Shown in pieces: positions 1 through 10,747 of a stretch of 64,000 nt of DNA; within the stretch, counting starts at the first letter, position 1; each line of letters begins with the position of its first letter. The notes beneath the pieces were generated by a model. The model searched no databases and was not told where the DNA came from. It saw only the letters and a program-made list of their open reading frames with translations. The translations under genes and the position numbers were made by a program. Origin of the DNA: Tortispora ganteri (Eukaryota). The DNA is taken from positions 186,001 to 250,000 of the forward strand of contig PPNB01000008.1 in assembly GCA_003707115.1 (NCBI GenBank), written 5' to 3'.

Positions 1-429
1 AAAAAGAAGGGGAAATTGGAGTGAAAACAAGTAAGCAACCAAGCTATTCACTTTCAAACCAATGATTCTACAGAATTGAGCAATATAAATGAATCAAAAG
101 TGATAAGGGCTTAGAAGGTGCACTTTTTAGCCTATGCCAAGTACTAGACGCTTGAGGTTTCTCTACGGGTAGGTCAACTAGGGAAATAAGGTTTGTAGCA
201 CCTATCAATGACCAATAATGTGAAAGAACGTTGAGTTGTGATTAGCCCTATCTGTGAAGGAGATAAGTGTTTCCAGTAAGATCAATTATGTAGTTTTTCT
301 TACTTTTATTATTTATGGTAATATATGGCTGTAGGACATGGCAGTTACGGAATTTGGTGGTGTAAAAACTAGGGGGGCTTGATCAATTTTTCGGTCCAGA
401 ACTTGTCCATAATCGATCAGAGCATGTTC

Positions 430-491
430 CATGAATCACTCATAAATCATTCGTAAACCATTCCTATATCATTCATAAACCATTCATAAAT
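430..491. repeat. Degenerate 11-bp tandem repeat, ~5.6 copies, consensus CATAAA(T/C)CATT
   Basis: Units read catgaatcact/cataaatcatt/cgtaaaccatt/cctatatcatt/cataaaccatt/cataaat. Confidence 0.8.
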
Positions 492-788
492 AGTTTAACT
501 TAGATGAGTTTGTAGCCGAAAGTTCCTATTGTAGGTTCTAATGGTTCGAGAACCATACCATTTGAACGCGGTAGTAGGGGCAGTTTGACGCACCATACTT
601 TGTCGCTTAAGATGACACCTCAAATCTACAGATCATCCAACACGCATTAATGTTCTAAATATTATATACATACAGTAAATAAATTGTTTTTTCAATTTAT
701 TAGCATATTCAGCATGATAATAATTGCACAACTAAATACATACCATTACATGCCCCACAAACTCAAACTCTACCAACACCCCCAAAAA

Positions 789-3662
789 ATGGCCTCGAAG
801 GCGGAAACAGCGAGGTCGCTCGCTAAAAGACGCCTAAATTTTGGAATTGTCTCAATTTCACTTATATTTGTTTGGTTTCTCGCTATTCAAGGAATCGGCA
901 TATACTTATTCTCAACAGGTTTCCTTCTTTCAAGAACAGAACTGCCACAAAAATCGTCTACCGATACTGGCATCCCTCCTAAATTCTCAAAAGCTATTGT
1001 CGTATTAATTGACGCTCTGCGCTACGATTTCACTGTGCCCACATCCGGTCTACAATGCCACAATCATTTAACTGCGCTCAACGAAATCGCCTCTACTAGC
1101 CCGAACAACGCCGTCCTCTTAAAGTTCCTGGCCGACCCGCCTACCACCACGCTTCAACGACTTAAAGGTCTCACCACAGGCTCGCTCCCGACTTTCATAG
1201 AAGCAGGCTCGAACTTCGACGGCACATCCATCAACTCGGACTCATGGATTCACCAACTGCGTGCCGCTAACAAAACTATAGCCTTTATGGGCGATGATAC
1301 CTGGATGGCTCTCTATCCGGACTCATTCTACCCTCCTCTCACGTTCCCCTACGAATCCTTCAATGTATGGGATCTACACACTCTGGACGAAGGTGTCATA
1401 TCGCATCTTTATCCTTTGCTGGACTCAAACTCACCCCAATATGACGTTCTCATAGCCCACTTCCTCGGTGTAGATCATGCTGGCCACCGTTACGGGCCGA
1501 ACCATCCAGAAATGGCCTCAAAACTTGACCAAATGGACTCAATTGTTCGCAAAATTGTCTCCTCCATTGACGATGAAACTCTTCTCATAGTCATGGGTGA
1601 TCATGGAATGGATCCCAAGGGCGACCATGGTGGCGACTCTCAACTCGAAATAGAGTCTGCCCTGTTTATGTATTCAAAAAAGCCTATATTCCATCCTTCA
1701 AACCATGGACTCAGCCCAGATTCTGACACTGTTTCTCAAATTGATTTGGTGCCTACTATATCATTATTGATGGGCTTGCCGATACCCTACGGCAACCTAG
1801 GCAAACCAATCCCAAATTGCTTTATCGGTACAAAAGGTAACGATCATTTACAGCTTGCTCAGGCTCTGTTTGCCTCGACAAGTCAGGTTAAAGAATACCA
1901 CGAAGCGTATGTGCAACTATCTTCTGCTTCGGCACAAGTACCCGCTTCAATGGTTCAAATGTGGGACAAGGCGTCAGCGAACTATCAGAAATGCGCCTCC
2001 TCAAAATTATCCTCTTCCTGCGAAACAGCGGTCTCTTCGCTTGAAGAATATGCAAATGAAATTCTTCGCCATTATCAGAAACTCTGGATCCGGTTTGACT
2101 ACACTCTAATAACAATTGGACTAATCACTTTAGCCTTAGGCATCGTCTCGCTGTCGGCATACTTGTTGTCTGCTCCATTTGACTCTTGGGGGTCTTTGGT
2201 GATAGAAATATTGTCGTTTGGTTCATTTGGCATTGTTGCTGTTGTTCTACTCCTGCAAGCTTCTGGTTTGGGCTTTCAAACACCATATGTTTTATTTGGA
2301 TTTTCTTTAGGCTCATTTTTCGGCTGTATAAAATATCTTTGGCCCAAACTCAGAATCTTCAAGATATCATTTTGGAATTGTTTTGCTACCTTGCTTACTA
2401 TATTCCATTTGGTGCTTTTTGCCTCTAACTCTTTCACCATATGGGAAGACAGGGTTTCTGCTTTCTTAGTAGCCACAGCAGGTCTGGTGCTGTTGGCTGC
2501 ATCATTTGGTGTAGAAGATAAAATGGACAGATTTCTATGCGTCTACCAAAGTGTTATTTTTACTGTTCTCACTCGGATATCTGCATTATCTACCCTTTGT
2601 CGTGAAGAACAAGGTCAGTATTGCTTGACTACATTTTATGATTCAGGATCTTCCGTAACCACTTCACCTTATATTCTTGGCAGTCTGTTTGCTATATCTA
2701 TTATCCTTCCTGAAATTATTGCTAACTATTACCGACGGTCTGACTCATATCGAGAGTCTGCCCCTATTATTATCAGCATGGGATTACGTGGCTGTTTGTT
2801 ATTTATTGCTTCGTACTGGCTCTGCGAAGCGGGTGATAATCAGAACTGGCTGAAATTTGACGGATTCAAGAGTGTTAAGTTCTTGCTAGGACAGTCAGTT
2901 TTGTTTGCAGCTCTAATAATCGGAACTGTTTATTTTTATCAAGGACCAGTATGCATTGCAGTATCACTAGAAGGTGCTAAAAAAGGTGATGAAAATGCAG
3001 CTAAAACTGTTGTCAGAGGATTTGCCAATGTGTATGGCTCTTTGTACACATACTCCATACTGATTGTTTATGTTCTAGTAGCACTGTTCACTAAGCCAGT
3101 TGGCGGAATCACTCTTGCTGCTATGATCTGGCAGATCTTGTGTCTTGTGGATATCATCGATATCCTCAAACTAAACGAGTCAGCCTTTGGACCTGTCGTT
3201 TTAGGCCTGCTTGGCAATCTACATTTCTTCACTACTGGGCATCAAGCCACAATACCTTCTGTACAATGGGATATGGCTTTTGCGCTCACAGAAAGCATTT
3301 CATTTCCTCTTAGCCATTTCAGTATCATACTGAACAGTCTGGGCAGTTATATACTGAGTGCGCTAGCCGTGCCGCTTTTTGTATTCTGGAACTTTGCACC
3401 AAAGAAGGGTCTGTACAACGCTCTACTCTGGCACGTCAGTAGAGCGTGCGCTTATTCCTTGCTCTATCACTCTGTGGTCTCTTTTTCGTCGTTCCTTTTT
3501 GCTGCCTACTTCCGTAGACATTTAATGGTGTGGAAAATTTTCGCTCCTAGGTATATGCTTGCCGGTATATCCACGGTTGCAGTATATATAACTACAGTCT
3601 TTGGAGCTCTTGCCACAGCCACTGCGGTTACATTGAGCTCTGTAACTGCACTTTTCGGATAA
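789..3662 (+). CDS. GPI13: GPI ethanolamine phosphate transferase 3 (PIG-O)
   Basis: IDALRYDF, ADPPTTTLQRLKGLTTGSLPTF, HFLGVDHAGHRYGP, GDHGM and C-terminal RRHLMVWKIFAPR; many TM helices. Start placed at ATG 789 (aaaaATG), not the track's TTG 684. Confidence 0.95.
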   Translation: MASKAETARSLAKRRLNFGIVSISLIFVWFLAIQGIGIYLFSTGFLLSRTELPQKSSTDTGIPPKFSKAIVVLIDALRYDFTVPTSGLQCHNHLTALNEIASTSPNNAVLLKFLADPPTTTLQRLKGLTTGSLPTFIEAGSNFDGTSINSDSWIHQLRAANKTIAFMGDDTWMALYPDSFYPPLTFPYESFNVWDLHTLDEGVISHLYPLLDSNSPQYDVLIAHFLGVDHAGHRYGPNHPEMASKLDQMDSIVRKIVSSIDDETLLIVMGDHGMDPKGDHGGDSQLEIESALFMYSKKPIFHPSNHGLSPDSDTVSQIDLVPTISLLMGLPIPYGNLGKPIPNCFIGTKGNDHLQLAQALFASTSQVKEYHEAYVQLSSASAQVPASMVQMWDKASANYQKCASSKLSSSCETAVSSLEEYANEILRHYQKLWIRFDYTLITIGLITLALGIVSLSAYLLSAPFDSWGSLVIEILSFGSFGIVAVVLLLQASGLGFQTPYVLFGFSLGSFFGCIKYLWPKLRIFKISFWNCFATLLTIFHLVLFASNSFTIWEDRVSAFLVATAGLVLLAASFGVEDKMDRFLCVYQSVIFTVLTRISALSTLCREEQGQYCLTTFYDSGSSVTTSPYILGSLFAISIILPEIIANYYRRSDSYRESAPIIISMGLRGCLLFIASYWLCEAGDNQNWLKFDGFKSVKFLLGQSVLFAALIIGTVYFYQGPVCIAVSLEGAKKGDENAAKTVVRGFANVYGSLYTYSILIVYVLVALFTKPVGGITLAAMIWQILCLVDIIDILKLNESAFGPVVLGLLGNLHFFTTGHQATIPSVQWDMAFALTESISFPLSHFSIILNSLGSYILSALAVPLFVFWNFAPKKGLYNALLWHVSRACAYSLLYHSVVSFSSFLFAAYFRRHLMVWKIFAPRYMLAGISTVAVYITTVFGALATATAVTLSSVTALFG

Positions 3663-3798
3663 CTTAATGAATTTACGATTACTGATTAACTAGGATATTC
3701 AATTTTTTGTATTATTTTAGTGCCTATTATTAAGCTATTTTATAATTAAAGCTAGTTTTAACCTTATTAGATAAACATTTTTTAATTGAGTAAGAATC

Positions 3799-3889
3799 GG
3801 TCCCTTGGCCCAGTTGGTTAAGGCATCGTGCTAATAACAACTCCTTGTTTGTAACGCGAGGATCGGCGGTTCGATCCCGCCAGGGACCA
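3799..3889 (+). tRNA. tRNA-Ile, anticodon AAT (3833-3835), with 17-nt intron 3837-3853
   Basis: GGTCCCT/AGGGACC acceptor stem; A box TGGCCCAGTTGG; B box GGTTCGATCCC; anticodon stem TCGTG/CGCGA is restored by removing the insert after position 37; T-run terminator follows. Confidence 0.95.
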
Positions 3890-3991
3890 TTTCTTTTTTG
3901 GTGCATTTAGCGTACTTTATTATTTTTATTTTTTTTTTCTAGAAGATGCATTTATTGAACTGAAGCATGCTATATGAATTTTTTTTTAGTC

Positions 3992-5722
3992 TCACCACGT
4001 ATTGGAATCATGCGAAGGGTGCGGCCGTAGGCCTTTTAAGCGTCTCCGGGCATGCCAGAGATTAATCCAGGTTTCCATACGCGTTCTGGACTCTTGTGAA
4101 CCGTTATTAACGGTAGGAATGATTTTTTCAACGTCTATAGATGTGCAGAAACACGATAAGTCGCGGAAACTTGAGTGCTCGCTATAAGGAACCCCCAATG
4201 CCAGTCTAGTTCGTGTTGATCCTTTAGAGAGTTTTATATCAGATAGCTCAAACCGAGGAGCTGGGTTGTCAATAACAGCATCTAGAGTTTCAGATCGACT
4301 CATTTTCAGTGTAGATTTGTTTCTGTAAGTCCAGCCTGTAGGATGGATGCTGAGAATTCTGGTGAACCTATGCTTGTATGGTTCCATATAAGTATCAAGA
4401 GAATCATTTTTGGTGCTACCCAAAGACACAAGATGTACTTGGGCTTCTAAAGGATCATCCGTTAACAAGTGCCTTATTCTCTGTGACCCGAGACAGTCTA
4501 GTATACGGCGTTTTCTCGGGGCGGCGTAGAGCTTGGTCTTCAGCGCTTCGACAACGGCAAGCGCCAGTCGTTCTTTACCAATACTGTAAGTGCCGACAAG
4601 AACCAATAAGGACCCCGGTTCAAATTCAGGTGAGCTTTTTAGCGCTTTCATGCGCTTCAGGCTAGCGAAGAAGCTCGGCTGGTAATCAGTGTGATTTCCT
4701 TTAGCAGCAATCTTGTTGGTGAATTCAAGGGCGCATTCACCGTCATTTATAAGCGCACAAAACTCAGCACAGGTGTCTATCACCTGCTGTTGGTTTGGAA
4801 AATTATGTGATGGATCGAGGTATGTGGTGTCTAGGTACAGGCTCGCGAACTTTGAGTACTTGCGCGCCAACGCATGAGAAATTTGTGATGGACAAGCCCG
4901 GAAGTCTCCAGTGTGTATAGTGCACTTGCCATCAGCAGACTCGAAAAAGAATATCACTGCTCCAGGACAGTGATTGGCATCAATTAGAGTAACTTTGAAG
5001 TCTAGAATAGATACCGTAGAATTGAGAGGAAGCGTTCGGATGTAATGCTCTGGTACATGCAGATTCTGTCTCACTAGTTTTGCTGTGATCTCCGAACAGT
5101 ATATGATTCCATGTGACCATTGTCCAGAAAGGCCACCATAGTGGTCAGCATGGTAATGTGAGAGAAAAAATATGTCAACATTAGGTATACGGCCAAAACT
5201 GAAAGCGTCAACAGCGACATACGTGTCTGCTAATGGTATGATCTTGTAGAAAGGACACTTTCTCTCTGATAGTTTAGGCGGTCTCTTTAATGGGTTGAGC
5301 TCTCTGGCCTTTTCGAGGTCGTCTTTGACAGATATTATTACTGATGACGAGTCGAAGTCTGACAAAGAGTGGTTTACATGTATAAGGGATTGTCGGTAGA
5401 CGAACCCTCCACGCTCTGGGCTGTTGAACAAGAGTTCGGCTGATTTTTCTTCGACTTTTACACACTCCGGTTCGGGAGTCACGGGATCTTGAACTAATCT
5501 GACAGGCTGATCTGCGGGAACAACGTCTAAACAGGTGTCGGCATGACTCTCGCGCTGATCTAATGGTAACAGTGAGATGTCTAGGTCGCATAGCGGACAG
5601 AGGATTGGTGACGACAGTTTTGGCCGCTTAGCCAAATTCAAGGAGTCATCTGTGGATACAATCGTTTTACCGTTTGTGTTGAGGATGTCGTTGAGCGGAC
5701 CTCGTTTGTTCTCTGCAGGCAT
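3992..5722 (-). CDS. PSO2: DNA interstrand cross-link repair nuclease (MBL/beta-CASP) with N-terminal UBZ-type zinc finger
   Basis: FLSHYHADHYGGL, DANHCPGA, HTGDFR, LYLDTTY, VPYSEHSSF; CPLC...HADTC. Confidence 0.93.
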   Translation of the reverse strand: MPAENKRGPLNDILNTNGKTIVSTDDSLNLAKRPKLSSPILCPLCDLDISLLPLDQRESHADTCLDVVPADQPVRLVQDPVTPEPECVKVEEKSAELLFNSPERGGFVYRQSLIHVNHSLSDFDSSSVIISVKDDLEKARELNPLKRPPKLSERKCPFYKIIPLADTYVAVDAFSFGRIPNVDIFFLSHYHADHYGGLSGQWSHGIIYCSEITAKLVRQNLHVPEHYIRTLPLNSTVSILDFKVTLIDANHCPGAVIFFFESADGKCTIHTGDFRACPSQISHALARKYSKFASLYLDTTYLDPSHNFPNQQQVIDTCAEFCALINDGECALEFTNKIAAKGNHTDYQPSFFASLKRMKALKSSPEFEPGSLLVLVGTYSIGKERLALAVVEALKTKLYAAPRKRRILDCLGSQRIRHLLTDDPLEAQVHLVSLGSTKNDSLDTYMEPYKHRFTRILSIHPTGWTYRNKSTLKMSRSETLDAVIDNPAPRFELSDIKLSKGSTRTRLALGVPYSEHSSFRDLSCFCTSIDVEKIIPTVNNGSQESRTRMETWINLWHARRRLKGLRPHPSHDSNTW

Positions 5723-5955
5723 ATGACTCTTATGAAGGCGTCGACGTTCGCTTACCTGGCGTGTGGATCGGCAACTGTAGCCACAGAGTCAAGAAAAAAT
5801 GCACGTATTTAGTGTCTTATTAGGACAGTTATATAATCAATATAATAAATAAGCAGCACGTGGCTATATCAACAATATGCAAATAATGAAGTCGAAGTGT
5901 CGGTGGATCAAGGCCGAGAAACCCTATCATCTACCACCACCACCAGGACGTCAAC

Positions 5956-7023
5956 ATGCGAGACGGCGTTGCAGTAGTGACAGGAGCTAACTCCGGGCTC
6001 GGGTTAGGGATATGCAAGCGTTTAATTGACGAATGGACCGGAAACACATTGACGATAGTCGTGACGACACGGACTATGCTGAAAGCTGTGCAGACGGTCT
6101 CGTGTCTAGCGGACTACGCCAGAAGCAAACCTCGACAGAACGGCCCAATACGTTTTGATTACGTTCTTTTAGACTTGAGCGACATGGAATCTGTGGCAGT
6201 AGCTGCGAGAACGCTTTCTGTGCGGTTCAAGCATATCGACATGTTCTTCTGCAATGCTGGGATCGGCGACTGGAACGGCGTCGACTATTCGATCCTTGTC
6301 AAGGAACTCTTTACTGATCCTATTAAAGCCACAACAGAGCCTGGTTGTAAGCTCCAGAAAGTCGGTACACTATCGAAGGACGGACTTGGTCTTGTGTTCC
6401 AAACAAATTTCTTCGGCCACTATTACATTGTGAGAAAGCTATTTGACAATCTAGCGCATGGCGGCCGTGTAATATGGGTATCCAGCATGGAGTCGTACCC
6501 GAAAGCGCTATCGAATGACGATATACAAGCACTGAGGTCCCCTACAAGCTACGAGGCATCGAAACGACTAACTGATCTCGTATATATGACTACAGTAGAC
6601 AAATGGTCTGCTGAGTATGGCATACACCAGTTTTTAACACATCCAGGCATCGTGGGTACGCAGATATTCGCAGAGTACCTTAATAGGGTCGTCATTGTGC
6701 TAATGATCTGGACTTTTATGTTCTGCAGGCTTCTTGGCAGCAAATATCACACTGTCGATCCTTACCGTGGCGCCTATGCCCCGGTCTACGCCGCTCTAGA
6801 GGCTCCAGTATCTAGACAACGATCGCTGTATGGCCTTTCGTGGGCAGACCCTCACAAGAAACTTGCATCTACTGCAGACAGGTGCGGCCGATCAAATATT
6901 ACACTTGACTCTGTGCCTTATGATCCATCCGAGGGGGCTGCTGTACTGGAGCAAGTTGATCATCTGTACTTGCAATGGGAAAAGCGGCTTTCTGAGCTAC
7001 CGCTTCATAAGATCGACTCCTGA
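5956..7023 (+). CDS. ERG27: 3-keto-steroid reductase (SDR)
   Basis: VTGANSGLGLGIC, NAG, GLVFQTNFFGHY, YEASKRLTD. Confidence 0.9.
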   Translation: MRDGVAVVTGANSGLGLGICKRLIDEWTGNTLTIVVTTRTMLKAVQTVSCLADYARSKPRQNGPIRFDYVLLDLSDMESVAVAARTLSVRFKHIDMFFCNAGIGDWNGVDYSILVKELFTDPIKATTEPGCKLQKVGTLSKDGLGLVFQTNFFGHYYIVRKLFDNLAHGGRVIWVSSMESYPKALSNDDIQALRSPTSYEASKRLTDLVYMTTVDKWSAEYGIHQFLTHPGIVGTQIFAEYLNRVVIVLMIWTFMFCRLLGSKYHTVDPYRGAYAPVYAALEAPVSRQRSLYGLSWADPHKKLASTADRCGRSNITLDSVPYDPSEGAAVLEQVDHLYLQWEKRLSELPLHKIDS

Positions 7024-7273
7024 AAAACAAAAATTCACTACATCACTTCACTTACTAATAATAATAACTCGCTCGTCTTATAAATTCCACTCAGCCGCAT
7101 TGCCTATAAACTGCTCAAGCACTAAACGTTTTGGTAAGATCTCGGTTTTGTTGTTATGGCAATTAATTGTATAATGTAATAGAACTTTTCTGATTGGCCG
7201 AACCATACATAATAGCCGACCATTATATCCCATCGCCTCTTTCACCTTAATCACCTATCTTTTTACAGCCACA

Positions 7274-7999
7274 ATGATGAATTCACGACTAGCTATTTGT
7301 CGCGTATTAGTTCGAAGAGTTTATCTGTCTAGAGGCATTACATATTCTGCTGGTAAGGCTTCTGCAGTGCAAGTAGAAAGCAGAACAGGACAAGCATGGA
7401 CAGCCCCACCATTCCCACAAGCCGGTCCTGGCGCTAACAGTGGTAGTCTACATGGTGTCAAAACTGAAGCTGTGCCGCCAGTACAGCCTAAGTCATTTGT
7501 TCCATTGAGACCATCCAGATTTAGTAAGCCAGAATCGAAGATACAACCGCCACAATCACAACAACTACAACCGTCACAACAGCAACAACAACAGCATCAG
7601 TCACAACAATCAGGAATCGCACATATAGAAAAAGAAGTTCAGCCTAAACGCACGTTCCGAAAGTTCAAAGCAAGAAAGGCCGCACTGTCATTGACACCTA
7701 GAGCGGTTGAGCGACTGAAATCTCTAATGGAAGGACCCAACCCCAAATTCATAAGAGTCTGCGTCCGAAATAGAGGATGCTCAGGGCTGCAGTACCATTT
7801 GGAATACGTTGACGCCCCTGGAAAGTTCGATGAGGAGGTTGTTCAAGATGGCGTTAAAGTATTGATTGATTCTAAAGCATTGTTCTCAATAATTGGCTCA
7901 GAGATGGATTTCGAAGATAACCCGCTCTTCACAAAGTTCACATTCAAGAATCCTAACATCAAAGGAGAATGTGGATGTGGTGAAAGTTTTATGGTTTAA
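7274..7999 (+). CDS. ISA1: Mitochondrial Fe-S cluster assembly protein Isa1, with Q-rich linker
   Basis: RGCSGLQY, IDSKALFSIIGSEMD, C-terminal CGCGESF; Arg-rich presequence. Confidence 0.93.
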   Translation: MMNSRLAICRVLVRRVYLSRGITYSAGKASAVQVESRTGQAWTAPPFPQAGPGANSGSLHGVKTEAVPPVQPKSFVPLRPSRFSKPESKIQPPQSQQLQPSQQQQQQHQSQQSGIAHIEKEVQPKRTFRKFKARKAALSLTPRAVERLKSLMEGPNPKFIRVCVRNRGCSGLQYHLEYVDAPGKFDEEVVQDGVKVLIDSKALFSIIGSEMDFEDNPLFTKFTFKNPNIKGECGCGESFMV

Positions 8000-8136
8000 T
8001 GTGGAATGGGTCTTGAACCGCTTAAAGATTAGCATTAATTAGATTTATGATATAATGATACAAATTGTTGATATAAATAGTATGCATATGAGGTATTATG
8101 TGTCATGATCATGGGAATATATGGCGCAGTGTGTAT

Positions 8137-8652
8137 TCAGGCTAGCCAGCGCCTAACGGAAGCAGTGTTAGCAAATGCAGGGTTAAGAAGAATACAAGTC
8201 AAAAAGTATTCAAGTCCTTCTCTCCTTTTCTCTAAGAAATCTGGCCTGAATCGCGAAATTATAGCCTTGGGCGGCAACTGAGGCAGCACAGGTATCGATC
8301 TCGAATCTGATTGTTTTAATTCTTCAAGCAGTGAGCTTCTCAAATCGCAAAATTCTGAGTACCTTTTAATTTTTCTAATAGTAGCTCCATCCAGTGTTTC
8401 AACAAGAATATTCCATGCCACATATTCGCTTCCTACTTGTGTTTTAACGATAGTGTAATCGCCAACCCACACTCTCATTGCCCAGACACCTGGTTTCGCC
8501 GTACCCAGTGACACTGCATCCTCCAGTGTAATTTGATGAGCACTTTCTATTGGTTCTGGTGCAACAGCTTGGAGTATGTTCTGTTGCAGAATCGATCGCG
8601 GAATAGCACTGTTTAATGCAGCAGACGAAGATCTGGACTTGCGTCTACTCAT
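8137..8652 (-). CDS. YPT35: Small PX-domain protein
   Basis: KRYSEF...LPQLPPK...RREGLEYFLTCILLNP PX signature; N-terminal PEPIE/ITLED motif. Confidence 0.8.
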   Translation of the reverse strand: MSRRKSRSSSAALNSAIPRSILQQNILQAVAPEPIESAHQITLEDAVSLGTAKPGVWAMRVWVGDYTIVKTQVGSEYVAWNILVETLDGATIRKIKRYSEFCDLRSSLLEELKQSDSRSIPVLPQLPPKAIISRFRPDFLEKRREGLEYFLTCILLNPAFANTASVRRWLA

Positions 8653-8900
8653 TCGCTAGTTGTCTTCTGAAATGCTGATAATACCTATATTAACATGAAC
8701 CAAAAATACAAAATTCACTCATTCAGCAGTGTTTAATGCTCAGTGTGATGGAAATACGCAGATGAAACGCTATACGGATGTCGATGAGGTATGCTGAGAA
8801 AGGTAAGGTGTGTGTGTGTGTGTATGCTGATCTCGGGCGCCGTTTTGGGAAGAATCAATCAAATCAGATTTACAGATCTTAAAACCTCGGGTACCTTTGT

Positions 8901-10676
8901 CTAAACAGATCCACCGGACATATTACCTCCAACCAGTCCAGCCAGTTCCAAAATTGCCCTATCTTCATCAAAATTACCTCTTTTCAAATTCACCTCTCGT
9001 CGACGTCTGGCTTCGCGCTCTTCCCACGCCCATTCTTTAGCTTGTGCCGTCAGCTCCTTCTCTCCGCCGCATCCCCAGACTTCTACTTGGCTGATAGAGA
9101 ATACATCTTCCCATTCCTTTGCGGCTGCATATGCAGATCGGCTTCGTCTGTATACACCCTCACCGTCGACGCCGTAGCACCGGAACACCCCGTACTCCAT
9201 TGACTCGTCTATGGTCAACGAAACGGCACCTGGCACGATGCGTTCTCTCGATCCGCTCGGGAAATGCGGTACCGCAGTTCCAAAGCCGAATCCGCCGAGC
9301 ATTGGCGAGTAAAATGCATATGAGTCAGTCGCAGCGCTGGTCTTTGCCGGAAACCATTCTTGAAACGGGTACAATTGGAACAGTTGGCCTTTAGAATCGC
9401 CAAACCCCTTCTTCGAGCTCGAAGTCCATTTTGTATTCAGGAAGCACCCGTAAACCACCTTCCTCGAGTAGCACCCGTCGACGCTAGAACCAGACGATTT
9501 GCCAGTATATACCCATTCATTAAACGTGTCTAGCGACCTGTCTCTCAGTTTCGCGCGCTCGACGACCTCTCCAGACACGATTAGGATCGAAGGCGCATTC
9601 CACTTGAACGCCTTAGATTCAAATGAGCGCATGCTGAACCCATGGTCAGACCCGATGTACAGTTTTTGCAGCCTTCCCCATATAGAATTTCTGCCAAGTG
9701 CGCTGGCTATCTGTGCGGCTGTCGACATATCCATCAGGCAGTCGGAATAGTCGTAGGTGGTAGCGTTATAGTAGGGCAAATTCCGCAGTTCCAGTGATTG
9801 GTCGGTGGCCTGCTCATTAGCAGTGATCTGCGGCGACTGTTTTGGACTAAAAAGGAGATGTTGGAATAACGAAGTGAGTGGCGTAAAGATGTAAGGTGCA
9901 GCGGCGAGGATTCCGTTACAGAACTCCTCGCAAGAAAAGCCCGGATGTAGTGGGTCCCGCGGGCTCAGTCCGTCAGGTCTAAATGTACTGAGTATAGCCG
10001 CCGCACGGTGAGAGTATTTTAACCATTCTGAAGGCTGGAAGTTTTCTACATATGCCGCGATAGGCTGTTCCGGGTCCAGCGGGAATATAGCCAGCAGCAG
10101 GCTAATGAGATCATGCAGCTCTCTTGCGTCGATTCTCCATGATCGATTAGCATTTGACGGCAAGCCGTCTGGGCAGAGGTTATCGTAGTCGGCTATGACG
10201 GATAATTGTGGCCATCCAGCGGCTAAAGATGAGGAATCAAATAAATCTTCAGCGTTATATTCCTTAGCGGCGTCGTCTATCGGGGTGGCAATGGAGAAGA
10301 ACAGAAGGATAAGCGGATCATAGCCTGGGAGAATGTTTGACCGTCTTTCTGGGTCGAGTAGAGCAATTGCCTTTAGCAGGCTTCTCATTGTGAGAGGTTC
10401 TAAGGAATTTGAGGCAATAAAAGGGAAGCTTGCTAGTTTTTCAGCTATTTTGAGAATGATTGGTCTGCAGTTAGTCGATTCAGGTACACCGAAGTAATCC
10501 AGGAGTTTGGAACCAGTCCAGTATTGCTGACCGGCGGTACCATCAGCTAGTGAGACAAAAAGGTCCTTTAATGCCCATAATTCAATCGAACTAAACTGTG
10601 ATAAACATAATCTGGCAAATTCGCCGTTAATTTGGTCTCTTGTGAGACTTTTAGGCGTACTTTGCGTCAACCCCAT
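8901..10676 (-). CDS. RTC5: TLDc-domain protein (restriction of telomere capping 5)
   Basis: Myristoylation-type MGLTQS start; LYIGSDHGFSMRSFESKAFKWNAPSI; EVWGCG; WEEREARRR; DRAILELAGL...SGGSV. Confidence 0.9.
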   Translation of the reverse strand: MGLTQSTPKSLTRDQINGEFARLCLSQFSSIELWALKDLFVSLADGTAGQQYWTGSKLLDYFGVPESTNCRPIILKIAEKLASFPFIASNSLEPLTMRSLLKAIALLDPERRSNILPGYDPLILLFFSIATPIDDAAKEYNAEDLFDSSSLAAGWPQLSVIADYDNLCPDGLPSNANRSWRIDARELHDLISLLLAIFPLDPEQPIAAYVENFQPSEWLKYSHRAAAILSTFRPDGLSPRDPLHPGFSCEEFCNGILAAAPYIFTPLTSLFQHLLFSPKQSPQITANEQATDQSLELRNLPYYNATTYDYSDCLMDMSTAAQIASALGRNSIWGRLQKLYIGSDHGFSMRSFESKAFKWNAPSILIVSGEVVERAKLRDRSLDTFNEWVYTGKSSGSSVDGCYSRKVVYGCFLNTKWTSSSKKGFGDSKGQLFQLYPFQEWFPAKTSAATDSYAFYSPMLGGFGFGTAVPHFPSGSRERIVPGAVSLTIDESMEYGVFRCYGVDGEGVYRRSRSAYAAAKEWEDVFSISQVEVWGCGGEKELTAQAKEWAWEEREARRRREVNLKRGNFDEDRAILELAGLVGGNMSGGSV

Positions 10677-10747
10677 TCAAGTTGTGGAACGGAGCGAAAG
10701 TATATCAGAAACTAAGTTATAAGCTTGATATTAAATCATACACAATT

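Noticed and set aside
684..788. Extended N-termini from the ORF track (GPI13 684, PMT4 15897, YOS9 28950, STT3 33294, PHA2 35653, ARD1 62606)
   Set aside because: Mostly TTG/GTG starts or promoter-like sequence; family similarity begins at or after the downstream ATG.
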